Shown: positions 1-11,352 of the stretch, one piece after another
Layout of the letters: every line of letters begins with the position of its first letter
Position numbering within the stretch: position 1 is the stretch's first letter
From: Ginkgo biloba
Taxonomy: Eukaryota; Plantae; Ginkgophyta
Length of the DNA stretch: 23,677 bases
NCBI GenBank assembly: GCA_024626585.2
Contig: JANKJI020000002.1
Location: forward strand, 81,783,221-81,806,897
Direction: 5' to 3'
The notes under the pieces: model-generated
Database searches by the model: none
What the model was told of the DNA's origin: nothing
The model's input: the letters and a program-made list of their open reading frames with translations, nothing else
Translations under genes and position numbers: made by a program

Positions 1-138
1 TACAATGTGGGATAAAACTTAAGTGAAAAGTAACTAAAAGGGAAAGCTTAAATAGGAGTGCAAGATATAATGTCACTTTCACTTTTACAATGTGGGATAA
101 AATCCTTTTAATTGAAAAGTAACTCAAAGAGAAATTAG
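1..138. repeat. Imperfect direct duplication, ~85-bp period
   Basis: TACAATGTGGGATAAAA at 1 and 86, each followed by TGAAAAGTAACT. Confidence 0.8.
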
Positions 139-299
139 ACGCACTTTACAACAAAATGACTTAAGTCACTTGATGAGCTAAATAGTGACAAGTACCATGA
201 AACTACTAGTGTATTGTACAATTTGGCATTGAAGCTCATCAACAAATGCTAAAATGACCATTATTGAGGCCTTAACAAAGTTCACTAAGGACTAGCAAT

Positions 300-535
300 G
301 TCACTGGAAGTTAAAGGACAAGTTGCATAGTTGTTAGAAGATGAATAGTCACCAAATGAAAGATTAATAGTTGCTTAAAGGTGACCAATCATTAGAAGTT
401 GAAAGGTCGTTGAAAGCTAAATAGTTATTAGAAGTTGGGAGACCATTTGAAGATAGATAATCATTAGAACGTGAAGGATCATCTAAAGTTGAAGAGTGAC
501 GAGAGGTGAAAGTTCACAAGAGGTGAAGAGCCATG
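300..535. repeat. Degenerate 18-bp minisatellite inside the putative LTR
   Basis: Successive 18-mers such as ATCATTAGAAGTTGAAAG, GTCGTTGAAAGCTAAATA, GTTATTAGAAGTTGGGAG, ACCATTTGAAGATAGATA, ATCATTAGAACGTGAAGG, ATCATCTAAAGTTGAAGA. Confidence 0.75.
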
Positions 536-1209
536 GAGACCATAGGTCAACTCTCTCTCCTAATCACATAATGTGAAGGATTGAGGAAGGGAAGGGGCAT
601 GGAGGAGAGTTCACCACAGAGTTAGAGAGAGTGTTGTGTCGTTAAGACAAAACTCAAGTTAAAGAGATAGTAAACTGAGGATCATTTAAGCCAAGGGCAT
701 AAGATCCTAAATTTGGCTTGAAACAACTCATGAGAGGATTCATCTCTTATGAGCTTAAGTTCTTCACTTAATAGTGCAAACTGGGCCTTAAATTCAACCC
801 CCACCGACTTACAAGTAGCCATAGGGAAGTCGAAGCAATTCTCTTCATTTTATCATAAGACCATCTACAACTTTTCTTACTTCTTCTTCAGTACATGAAC
901 ATAATCTTAGGAAGTAGGAGCTTCCTACCAGTGTTCTATGGGTAGTCAGTTCCCCACAACCTCTTTCTTGGGTAGCAAGTGCCCCAAGACCATCCTTCTT
1001 TCTCTATTCTACTATTTCCTTCCTCTTCTTGTGATTCTAACCTCTACAATTGACTATTGTAACATGGTGCTCTTACATTTGTGTTTATTGTGATCTTATG
1101 ACATTGTGATCTTTTGCTTTCGTGATTATTGTGATCTTATCATCTATTTGTGGAATCTATTATGATTTTCTGATTATTTTAGTAGCTTAAATCATCGGGT
1201 CACTACAAG

Positions 1210-1221
1210 TGGTATCAAAAC
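1210..1221 (+). promoter_or_regulatory. Primer-binding site (initiator Met tRNA type)
   Basis: TGGTATCAAAAC vs consensus TGGTATCAGAGC, 2 nt after a CA end. Confidence 0.8.
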
Positions 1222-2384
1222 ATTAGCAACAATCCTAATATGAGGATAACTCATGATATTAACGAGGCAATAGGTTNNNNNNNNNNNNNNNNNNNNNNNN
1301 NNNNNNNNNNNNNNNNNNNNNNNNNNNNNNNNNNNNNNNNNNNNNNNNNNNNNNNNNNNNNNNNNNNNNNNNNNNNNNNNNNNNNNNNNNNNNNNNNNNN
1401 NNNNNNNNNNNNNNNNNNNNNNNNNNNNNNNNNNNNNNNNNNNNNNNNNNNNNNNNNNNNNNNNNNNNNNNNNNNNNNNNNNNNNNNNNNNNNNNNNNNN
1501 NNNNNNNNNNNNNNNNNNNNNNNNNNNNNNNNNNNNNNNNNNNNNNNNNNNNNNNNNNNNNNNNNNNNNNNNNNNNNNNNNNNNNNNNNNNNNNNNNNNN
1601 NNNNNNNNNNNNNNNNNNNNNNNNNNNNNNNNNNNNNNNNNNNNNNNNNNNNNNNNNNNNNNNNNNNNNNNNNNNNNNNNNNNNNNNNNNNNNNNNNNNN
1701 NNNNNNNNNNNNNNNNNNNNNNNNNNNNNNNNNNNNNNNNNNNNNNNNNNNNNNNNNNNNNNNNNNNNNNNNNNNNNNNNNNNNNNNNNNNNNNNNNNNN
1801 NNNNNNNNNNNNNNNNNNNNNNNNNNNNNNNNNNNNNNNNNNNNNNNNNNNNNNNNTTTCAAAGAGAACAATTAGTAGTTGAATATAGTAGGAAGATATG
1901 GCCAAGGAAGATGTTTGAAAATTCTACACTTCAAATTTGAGAATAGAGATTCAAGCAAAGGTCAGGAGACAAAGACGAAAAACATTAGATGAAGTGATAT
2001 ACCAACCCAACATATCAAAGAAAGTCAAATAGCTTAAAGGAGGCAATTTGTACCCACACAAAGAAGAATCCAATCCATTCAACCAGAGCACCAAACGAGC
2101 AAGACATGGAGCACACAAAGAAGGAGCACCAAATGAGGCAAAGAAGGAAGGCAAGTCGTGCTACTACTACAAGGAACCCTATATGCAGGACCATAACTGC
2201 TAGCAAAGACAAACGAATTTGTTTATAGCTAATGCACAAGAAGAAGAAGTAGAAAACAAAGAAGAACAAGAAGAATAACCACCAGAGAACAAAGGTGAAG
2301 TAGAACAAACAAAAGAAGAGGATGATGATGACGATATTCTAGAAGAACCAAAACCACAATTGATATTGTAGATTGGTAGACCCC

Positions 2385-3050
2385 AAATATCATTCGCTAC
2401 GATAACAATTCTAAGCAGATTAGATACTTTTAAAGTGCACGGTTACATTACAAAACAAATGTTGCTTATTGGGACGGATTTTGGAAGTACACTTGATTTT
2501 CTCAACAAAAGGCAAGTTAAAACACTGGGCTTCCACATAGATAAAAGCAAAAGATTCCATGTATCCATTCCCAAACATGATCAGATTATGTATGAAGCAT
2601 TGGTTATAAATGTTGAGTTGCAGATGGGTGACTAATGGAGATAGGAGTAGATGGACTCCTTGGAATCTAATGGTTGCCACCTTGGGTACACATGGAACAA
2701 TTCATATGGAAGACTTCCTATCGTTTACTACAAGGAATCAAGTACAGGGTTAAAGGGATCTTAGAAAGATCAATTAAGGTAATGAATCCACAACAGATGA
2801 AAAAAATATTGAGGAAGGGACATTTAGGGTTTATTGCTAGACTATGCCATATGGAGTGCATCCAAAGTCTAGAACCAAACATCGAAGAGCACATGGAAGA
2901 TCAGAAGAGGGATATATAATAGATCCTAGATAAACATAAGTAAGTATTCTAAGAATGTCCAAAACTCTTAACACTAAATATAGGTATGGAGCATAGCATA
3001 GAAGCAAAGAATAAGAAAGGACCAATAAATATAAAATGTTATAGGTGCAA
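2385..3050 (+). pseudogene. Decayed gypsy aspartic protease plus linker/RT start
   Basis: TFKVHGYITKQMLLIGTDFGSTLDFL resembles the LIDSGSTHNF active site; then MKKILRKGHLGFIA and EHSIE...GPINIKCYR; stops and frameshifts present. Confidence 0.85.
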
Positions 3051-4419
3051 CTTTAATGATAAATTAAAAATTAAAAAGTGCACATANNNNNNNNNNNNNN
3101 NNNNNNNNNNNNNNNNNNNNNNNNNNNNNNNNNNNNNNNNNNNNNNNNNNNNNNNNNNNNNNNNNNNNNNNNNNNNNNNNNNNNNNCCAATGAACAGTAC
3201 ACAATCACAATGAACGGTAACTATCGTTCGACAAACGATAACTGACTGTTTTTTTTTTATTTTTCTGTTGTAATTTGTGATTGCCAGCTAGCCTACCAAC
3301 AGTATCTAACAGTTGACACTTGTTCAATTAAATCATGGCTCATGGCAACAAGTCATCAAACACGTAATCAAATGCTCGCTAAGTTATGACACCAACTTCA
3401 CAATTTGTTGTTTCTCTAGGTGCTTCTAAAATAATGGGTCATTGAATCTCCCTTTCTTCTCCAATTATGGCAAGTGGTCTTAGGCTGTCCTAGTTTGTTC
3501 CCCAATCACAACAATTGACTCATAGTCATTGTGTTTTATGACCACATACAAATATCCATTGCTCAAGATTGGGTGATTGATGATGTCATAATTATGTCAT
3601 TTTTTATATCTTTCAATTTTTAACTTCTTGGTGTTTCCTTTCAAGTATTGAGCAAGATGTCTATACGAATAAATATGGGATGGAAAAGTACTAGCCTTTA
3701 TGTTGGACATGTACTTGTCAGAAAATGTGAGTAGGTAAGAAGTTTTATAGTTGTCCTTGGAATGATAGTGATGATGTAGTGACAAAACTTTTGGTGACAC
3801 AATGATCTGTAAACTCATCAATCTCATGTTGCCAGACATATGTTTGTGTACTCAAGGATGTTACATGATGCTATGTTGTAGAAGAGAAGTTTGGTGGTTT
3901 CCACATTTCATGACCTACTTGATTTATTGCCATGAAAGGAACCTGCATGTATATAACATGCCTTCTACATTTTTCATGTCATTATCACAGTTATCAAGAG
4001 AATCATCTCCTTCCTATTCTCCTGTGATCAATACATTCAATTCAATAGCATACATATTGTTTCAATGTGCACTTTGGTGGCCAACCAATTGTTCAAAAAT
4101 AGTGTAATTGCTTGTTCTATATTTTTGTCTAGGCATTACCACAATGCCCTACTAGGCTGTTTGCGATAGTAACCATAAGTATAGAATTAGGTTTGTAAAA
4201 GGTTAGAGTAGTATTTGCAGTTGTCTAGATTCTCTCTTTTACAGGCATCTCTTTATAAATAATTTACCCTTTAATATAGTTATGTGCTTTTTCAAAAAAA
4301 TATCATATGCTTTCTTCAAGTAGCATGCCTGATTTTTTGCCTTACTCTCATCCTCCAAATTTGTAAACTCAACTGACAGAATATTTTTATTACATGTCCA
4401 TAGATCCACCTATTCCCAA

Positions 4420-4939
4420 TGCTTTAATAGTATTAAACCCTTTGAACTTATTGGTCATCATGGTGATGACTATTTTCCTTCAACTTAAAGTATCAACTAC
4501 TTGGTTAGATTTTCCTAACTTTTGCTTCAACACAAAAGTGTAAATCTATAAAAAATCTTTCCATTTGTCATTTCTGATGCTCATTTTTCCTTGAGATTTT
4601 ATATACTTCAATGCTTCGTGGTTTGTGTNNNNNNNNNNAAAAATTTCTTGGGTAGTAGATAATGCATTCATAAATTTAGGATATACGCCATAACAAAGAA
4701 TTCAAAGTTATAGGTTAAATACCTCTTCTTGGCATCATTCAACTTATCACTAAAGTATGCAATCATCTTACCTTCTTGTATTAACACATATCCTATTCTA
4801 ACTCCCGAGGCATCATATACCACTTTAAATACTTTGTTTAAATTTGGTAATGCTAACGCTAGTGATTTTTTCATCTTCCTCTTTGATAACTAAAAACTCC
4901 ACTAAGCTACTCTCATCCACATGAATATCTTCCCTCTAA
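4420..4939 (-). mobile_element. Decayed gypsy (CRM-like chromovirus) RNase H fragment
   Basis: LALPNLNKVFKVVYDASGVRIGYVLIQEGKMIAYFSDKLNDAKKRYLTYNFEFF, then HYLLPK and YTFVLKQKLGKSNQVVDTLS; matches recalled CRM-type pol. Confidence 0.9.
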
Positions 4940-5834
4940 NNNNNNNNNNNNNNNNNNNNNNNNNNNNNNNNNNNNNNNNNNNNNNNNNNNNNNNNNNNNN
5001 NNNNNNNNNNNNNNNNNNNNNNNNNNNNNNNNNNNNNNNNNNNNNNNNNNNNNNNNNNNNNNNNNNNNNNNNNNNNNNNNNNNNNNNNNNNNNNNNNNNN
5101 NNNNNNNNNNNNNNNNNNNNNNNNNNNNNNNNNNNNNNNNNNNNNNNNNNNNNNNNNNNNNNNNNNNNNNNNNNNNNNNNNNNNNNNNNNNNNNNNNNNN
5201 NNNNNNNNNNNNNNNNNNNNNNNNNNNNNNNNNNNNNNNNNNNNNNNNNNNNNNNNNNNNNNNNNNNNNNNNNNNNNNNNNNNNNNNNNNNNNNNNNNNN
5301 NNNNNNNNNNNNNNNNNNNNNNNNNNNNNNNNNNNNNNNNNNNNNNNNNNNNNNNNNNNNNNNNNNNNNNNNNNNNNNNNNNNNNNNNNNNNNNNNNNNN
5401 NNNNNNNNNNNNNNNNNNNNNNNNNNNNNNNNNNNNNNNNNNNNNNNNNNNNNNNNNNNNNNNNNNNNNNNNNNNNNNNNNNNNNNNNNNNNNNNNNNNN
5501 NNNNNNNNNNNNNNNNNNNNNNNNNNNNNNNNNNNNNNNNNNNNNNNNNNNNNNNNNNNNNNNNNNNNNNNNNNNNNNNNNNNNNNNNNNNNNNNNNNNN
5601 NNNNNNNNNNNNNNNNNNNNNNNNNNNNNNNNNNNNNNNNNNNNNNNNNNNNNNNNNNNNNNNNNNNNNNNNNNNNNNNNNNNNNNNNNNNNNNNNNNNN
5701 NNNNNNNNNNNNNNNNNNNNNNNNNNNNNNNNNNNNNNNNNNNNNNNNNNNNNNNNNNNNNNNNNNNNNNNNNNNNNNNNNNNNNNNNNNNNNNNNNNNN
5801 NNNNNNNNNNNGCTTTGAAAGGAGTCCATTGAGT

Positions 5835-6110
5835 AATCCAGAAAGGCTAGTATTTTCTCTAATGGAGATGCACCATGGTGGATCTCCATTAGAGCAAGTA
5901 TGTTTTCCAATCTTTTGTATATCTATTCTTTATCGAATACTAGCTGCGTCCTGGATTTCAGGATTGGTGCATCTCCATGAGAGCAAGTCTGTTTTCCAAT
6001 ATTTTGTATCTCAAAATACTGGCTGCCTCCAGGAAGCCTCCTGAAATGTTGCATCTCCATCTGANNNNNNNNNNNNTTTTGTATCTCTATTCCTCATTGA
6101 ATACTAGCTT
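5835..6110. repeat. 38-bp near-perfect palindrome (5857-5894) plus three ~82-89-bp degenerate direct repeats
   Basis: CTCTAATGGAGATGCACCATGGTGGATCTCCATTAGAG pairs 18 of 19; unit ATCTCCAT...TTTTGTAT...AATACT(A/G)GCT starts at about 5877, 5966 and 6048. Confidence 0.85.
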
Positions 6111-7003
6111 TTGTGGATCTACACCTTTATGGTGAGCTTCACTTGACCTCCAGACCAAAAGGCATCTACTGACAAGGCCAACTGGAAGGTGCAAACTTTC
6201 TGACCCCATTGTTTTACTCATTTTAGTTCATTCTTTATGTTGACACAGTTACATTTCATTTCATATAAAGCATTGTATGACATAAGTACTTCAGAATCAT
6301 GGCTCATTAATTTAACTCCGGGCAGGGCCTATTCAAGTTAGAACTAGTAAATATCTCAATCTGATTGTATGGCTTCAGATAACTTAAACTCTGCTTGAGC
6401 GAGTTGAATTTGTCTCATATTGAGGCACAAAATCAATTCATCTGGCAGAAAAAGGCAGTTGCCTACACTTTGGGGAGGATGATTTATTTCCCTCATGATC
6501 TATCAAATTTAGATCAATATAAAAGAATGCAGACCTCAAGGTTTTAAGGGGCCTATTTTAATTATCATATGTAATGCTCCAGTTGTAATTTCCCTGCCCC
6601 TATAAAAGAAAAAAATAATGTTAAGACAGGACAGGGGAGGAGAAAGAGAGAGAAAACCACTAGTCACGTGTACAAAAATATATATCTCTTGATCAAGCAA
6701 ATTGCAGCAAACCTTGTCTGGTCATTGCATAACATCATTAAAATGACTCCCTCAAATTGTAAGAATAAGTACATTTTGAATATTTTTTCATGATTTTATG
6801 CTTCTAACTTGTAAAAGAATCACTAGGGCTTGTGATAAATTAGGAGTAGAGGTGTGAAGGTGTGATAAAGCAGGCCGTTCAAAAGCAGAGTCACTTCTTG
6901 TTANNNNNNNNNNNNNNNNNNNNNNNNNNNNNNNNNNNNNNNNNNNNNNNNNNNNNNNNNNNNNNNNNNNNNNNNNNNNNNNNNNNNNNNNNNNNNNNNN
7001 NNN

Positions 7004-8853
7004 TTTTCCTTACTTTTTATAGCAAAAATCCTAACAACATGGCTTAAGGTATTTTAGGCTCCAAATGGAGACCTTTTGGGGGGTTTAGAAGCCTTGGACA
7101 AAGGTGCCTCTGTATGAGGCACTGTTTTAGCCCTTGCATTTACTATTTGGGCTTACTAATAGTTGGTTATTTGCCAAATACAACTAGTTGGATGCTCGTG
7201 CTACTTTCTACTGATTGTGGCTATTTGTGTAGNNNNNNNNNNATTAGCTATTGTTATAGTTATTGGTGGATGGTTGTTGTCGTGGTCATATTTCATGGTT
7301 TGTTGGTCCAATCATGATAACCTTTAGGTTTCTTTGGCTTAGGGTTATTGGTGTAGCACTAGGGTTTTAATCAGTGAACCGCAAGCTATCGGTAGGGGTG
7401 AATAGTCTCCTTGACTAAGGGGCTATCTTGATGTCAAAGAGGCCAAAATGTCCTACAATTGCCATTCTTGATTGAGTGTGGTTGAGGGGTGGAATTCGAT
7501 GGATCATTAATAGTCGTTGGGTGCTGACAATTTCATTTATGCACTGAATGTTTCGTTACCTGCTTCGTTCAAGCCCAGAGGCAATCCTTATAGCTAATGG
7601 AAGATGTTTAGACACTTGACTATAAAACAACCCTAGTCGAACCGTCCTAGTCCTACTAGCCTATAAACTAACACTAACAATTCTGCAACCATAAATTAAT
7701 AACTGTCAATTCTGCACTATTAGTATGTAGTAATTATATAACTATTTTTGGTTTCTAAAGGTTTGACTAAAGTTGCCTAACTTTTCTTTCCATTCATTAT
7801 TATAGATGCAGCTCCAATAAGCTTGTTTTTGCAAGTTGAGGTGAGCATGTGGATACAATGGTATCAAATTCTTGGGGGGTAGTTTGAATTCCAAGATGGA
7901 ATTGACAATTCGCAAAGAATTGTAGGCAGAAATGAAAACCATGAGGGCTAAGTTAAGAGAACTGAAGTAAGGCAAGGAAGAGCTACTAAGGACTTATTCT
8001 TAGAGATGAAAAAGGGAAAATATGGAAGTTATAGGAGAAAATCCTCCTCAACTTGAGAAAGAGGAAGTTCCTTTCCCATGGGAGCAACCCAAGAGGGAAC
8101 ACAAGCATCAAGGGTAGGAATCAGACGATGAGCAAGACCCTAAGCAAAAGAGGAGTCGGTAGGTATGGAAATTATTACAATTTACTAAGCAAATGAAGAA
8201 TGTGCAGATTCCTGAGTATGATGGTCAAAACGTAGGATCTTCTTTTTGAGCTTGGGTGAGATCTGTGAAGTCGTTATTCGAGTCCTTTGAGATTATGGAC
8301 GAACACAAAGTTCCCATGATTANNNNNNNNNNNNNNNNNNNNNNNNNNNNNNNNNNNNNNNNNNNNNNNNNNNNNNNNNNNNNNNNNNNNNNNNNNNNNN
8401 NNNNNNNNNNNNNNNNNNNNNNNNNNNNNNNNNNNNNNNNNNNNNNNNNNNNNNNNNNNNNNNNNNNNNNNNNNNNNNNNNNNNNNNNNNNNNNNNNNNN
8501 NNNNNNNNNNNNNNNNNNNNNNNNNNNNNNNNNNNNNNNNNNNNNNNNNNNNNNNNNNNNNNNNNNNNNNNNNNNNNNNNNNNNNNNNNNNNNNNNNNNN
8601 NNNNNNNNNNNNNNNNNNNNNNNNNNNNTAACTAAACTTCAAACTATTAAGGAAACATTCCGTATAGCATTACAAGCGGAGGTAGCATAGAATAGCCAGT
8701 TGGAGCAGCCAAAGAAGTTATTCCAACAATATACAATGGACAATGGATTGCAATATACCCTAGATGAGGACTTTTATGTTGAAAGGATACACCATAGTTT
8801 GTCAGTCCTCGTGATGGATGGTATGGCTATTAGGTTGAAAGTATACCCCTCTA
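7004..8853 (+). mobile_element. Degenerate gypsy element: LTR 3' part (to 7857), PBS 7859-7868, gag relic
   Basis: GGATACA-A-TGGTATCAAA; gag-like KNVQIPEYDGQNVGSSF*AWVRSVKSLFESFEIMDEHKVPMI; LQTIKETFRIALQAE after the gap. Confidence 0.75.
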
Positions 8854-9263
8854 NNNNNNNNNNNNNNNNNNNNNNNNNNNNNNNNNNNNNNNNNNNNNNN
8901 NNNNNNNNNNNNNNNNNNNNNNNNNNNNNNNNNNNNNNNNNNNNNNNTTGAAAAGATATCCACAAAAAGGTACCTGAAAAGGGTGGAACCCTACTAAGAG
9001 TAATCACAGTGCTATTGAAAAAGGGTTGAAGTGATATCTATGACCTTGCACCCTTTTTTACGCCAATTTGAGGGGTGGACTCTAGTAGACTACTAACAGT
9101 TGCTAGGCCTTGATGGTGTGCACAAAGATACCATCGGAGGCTTGGTTGCTGCCGCAATGAGCCCTTAATCCCCATGTCACCATCCTATACTACTAAGAAT
9201 TTTGTCCATATGATCAATGACATCTACATACTTGATTTTGTACTGCACCATGAACTAACCAAA

Positions 9264-9296
9264 CTACCTACCTACCTACATACATACATATATACA
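9264..9296. repeat. Compound microsatellite (CTAC)4 followed by ATAC units
   Basis: ctacctacctacctacatacatacatatatac. Confidence 0.85.
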
Positions 9297-10639
9297 TTGA
9301 TTACATGTTTTAAATGCTCTTTGTATGTAGGTATAAGGGCAAGCTATTATAGTGGTATTAGAACCCAAGTGATTAGAAAAGATTAAAACTAGCATAATAG
9401 AATCTAAGATATTTGAAGAAGCCATCTAGCATGCAAGAAAGGATGAAGAGAATTGAAAAGTAACAAAAGAAACTGAAAAATCCAATTCTCACCTACAAAT
9501 GCAGGAGGAAAAAAGTGGATTTGGATCTATTAGAAGGTCCTCATTTGGAAGTAGAAGAGGAATAAGAGCTAAGTAAAATTTCGGAAGAAGAGATGCCAAG
9601 TAAATCGTCCACAAAAAGATGAACCAAGGCATAATTAGGCTTGGCAAGAATGGAAGCTTCTCAAGAACATGCAAATGTCAAACTTAAATGGAAGGGAGTT
9701 GGGTCCTCATTTAGGTCATGGATAAAGGCAGTAGAACTATTGATCCTTTGATATCCTTGATGAGAATAAAGTAACCATGGTCAAATTTGCATTTAAGGGA
9801 CCCACACGAGAGTGGTGGAATGGAGTGCAAACTATGTAGAGGATGGAATGCAATTGTCGATGAATACATGGTCTAAAATGAAAGATAGAATGTTTAAAAA
9901 GTATTTGTTTTAGTCTTTTTGCATGTTTGTTAGATTTGCCCATGAGGTATAGAGTTTACNNNNNNNNNNNNNNNNNNNNNNNNNNNNNNNNNNNNNNNNN
10001 NNNNNNNNNNNNNNNNNNNNNNNNNNNNNNNNNNNNNNNNNNNNNNNNNNNNNNNNNNNNNNNNNNNNNNNNNNNNNNNNNNNNNNNNNNNNNNNNNNNN
10101 NNNNNNNNNNNNNNNNNNNNNNNNNNNNNNNNNNNNNNNNNNNNNNNNNNNNNNNNNNNNNNNNNNNNNNNNNNNNNNNNNNNNNNNNNNNNNNNNNNNN
10201 NNNNNNNNNNNNNNNNNNNNNNNNNNNNNNNNNNNNNNNNNNNNNNNNNNTTAGCAACAGAAGCGCCCATCACCATTCAAGACTATGAAGACCACCTTGA
10301 TTTTGATATAATGAAGATTGGCCAATGTGATGGATTCTTGGAACAGAAGTGGTTGTGGCAATATGACATCCATACATTTCCTAGAGATTATATCTTGCAT
10401 TTCCATAAAGGAAAGAAGTTGAATTGTATGGTGACCAAGATCTAAGGAAAATTCTACTTGTCTCAGCCATACAATTAAAGAGAGTGATAAGGAAGACAAG
10501 TAGCCAATGCTATGGGCTATTTGTAAAGGAGGTGTCACATGAAGAGCAAGCCTCAAAAGACATACATAAAGAACTGGCATCAATGCTAGAAGAATGTGTT
10601 GATGTGTTTCCAAAGGGCTACCAAAAAGATCGCTTATAG

Positions 10640-11352
10640 AATAGGAAGTGGACCACCAGATTCAATTGGAAGAATGATAAAGGAAAACCTATTGGTTGCT
10701 TTATCATTTGAGTTGTGCTGAGAAGGAAGAGGTAGAGAAGAAAATACAAGAATTACAAGATCAAGGCTTCATCCAAACCTATAAATCCCCTTATGGTGCA
10801 CTAGTGTTGTTGGTTTGAAAGCAAGATGGATCCATAAGAATGTGTGTGGATTACAACACATTGAATAAGATCATCATTAAGGATAAATCTCCTATACCAC
10901 AAATCGACAATTTGTTGGATACCATGAAAGGATCCACCGTGTTTTCTAAAATAGATTTAACAAGTGTTACTATTAGATCCAAATCCATAAGGACGTATAG
11001 AAGATGGCATTCGCCACTAGGTAGGGCCACTATGAATATTTGGTCATGCCCTTTGGATTGACACTTGCCACATTTATGAGGATAACAAATAATATCCTTA
11101 TGCCAAACTTGGGGGAAGATTGTAGTGGTTCTCCTTGATGACATCATGATATTTAGAAAGAATAAGGAGCATCAAGACCATCTAAGAATGGTGTCAAACA
11201 TCCTACAAAGAGAGAAATTGCATGACAAGTTGTCCAAATGTGACTTTTGCCAAGAAGAATATTTGGGGCACATCATCTCAGTGAAGAGCATTTCCATGGA
11301 GGATCCTAAGATAAGTGGTGAATGAGTGGAAGACTATAGTAAGCATGCATGA
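10640..11352 (+). pseudogene. Ty3/gypsy reverse transcriptase relic
   Basis: GFIQTYKSPYGALVLLV*KQDGSIRMCVDYNTLNK...PIPQIDNLLD...VFSKIDL, GHYEYLVMPFGLT, LLDDIMIF (YxDD position), LSKCDF, YLGHIIS; spread over several frames. Confidence 0.95.

Larger units (their letters stand above)
1..3086 (+). mobile_element. Degenerate Ty3/gypsy LTR retrotransposon, 5' part (LTR ending ~1207, PBS, gag-protease-start of RT)
   Basis: ...ACTACA at 1207, AG spacer, TGGTATCAAAAC; downstream decayed protease and RT N-terminus. LTR start not visible; element spans a gap at 1277-1856 and ends at a gap. Confidence 0.85.
8948..11352 (+). mobile_element. Degenerate gypsy element: LTR part, PBS 9353-9364, gag, protease end and reverse transcriptase
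   Basis: TGGTATTAGAAC; gag SFDILDENKVTMVKFAFKGPTREWW; RT motifs downstream; breaks off near 11352. Confidence 0.9.

Noticed and set aside
3400-4400. Short ORFs (3597-3839, 3802-4107) as genes or a transposase relic
   Set aside because: No recognisable motif in any frame I read.
300-6110. Repeat arrays (300-535 and 5835-6110) as CRISPR-like or other prokaryotic systems
   Set aside because: No identical repeats with unique spacers, no cas-like ORFs, and the context is spliceosomal plant DNA.
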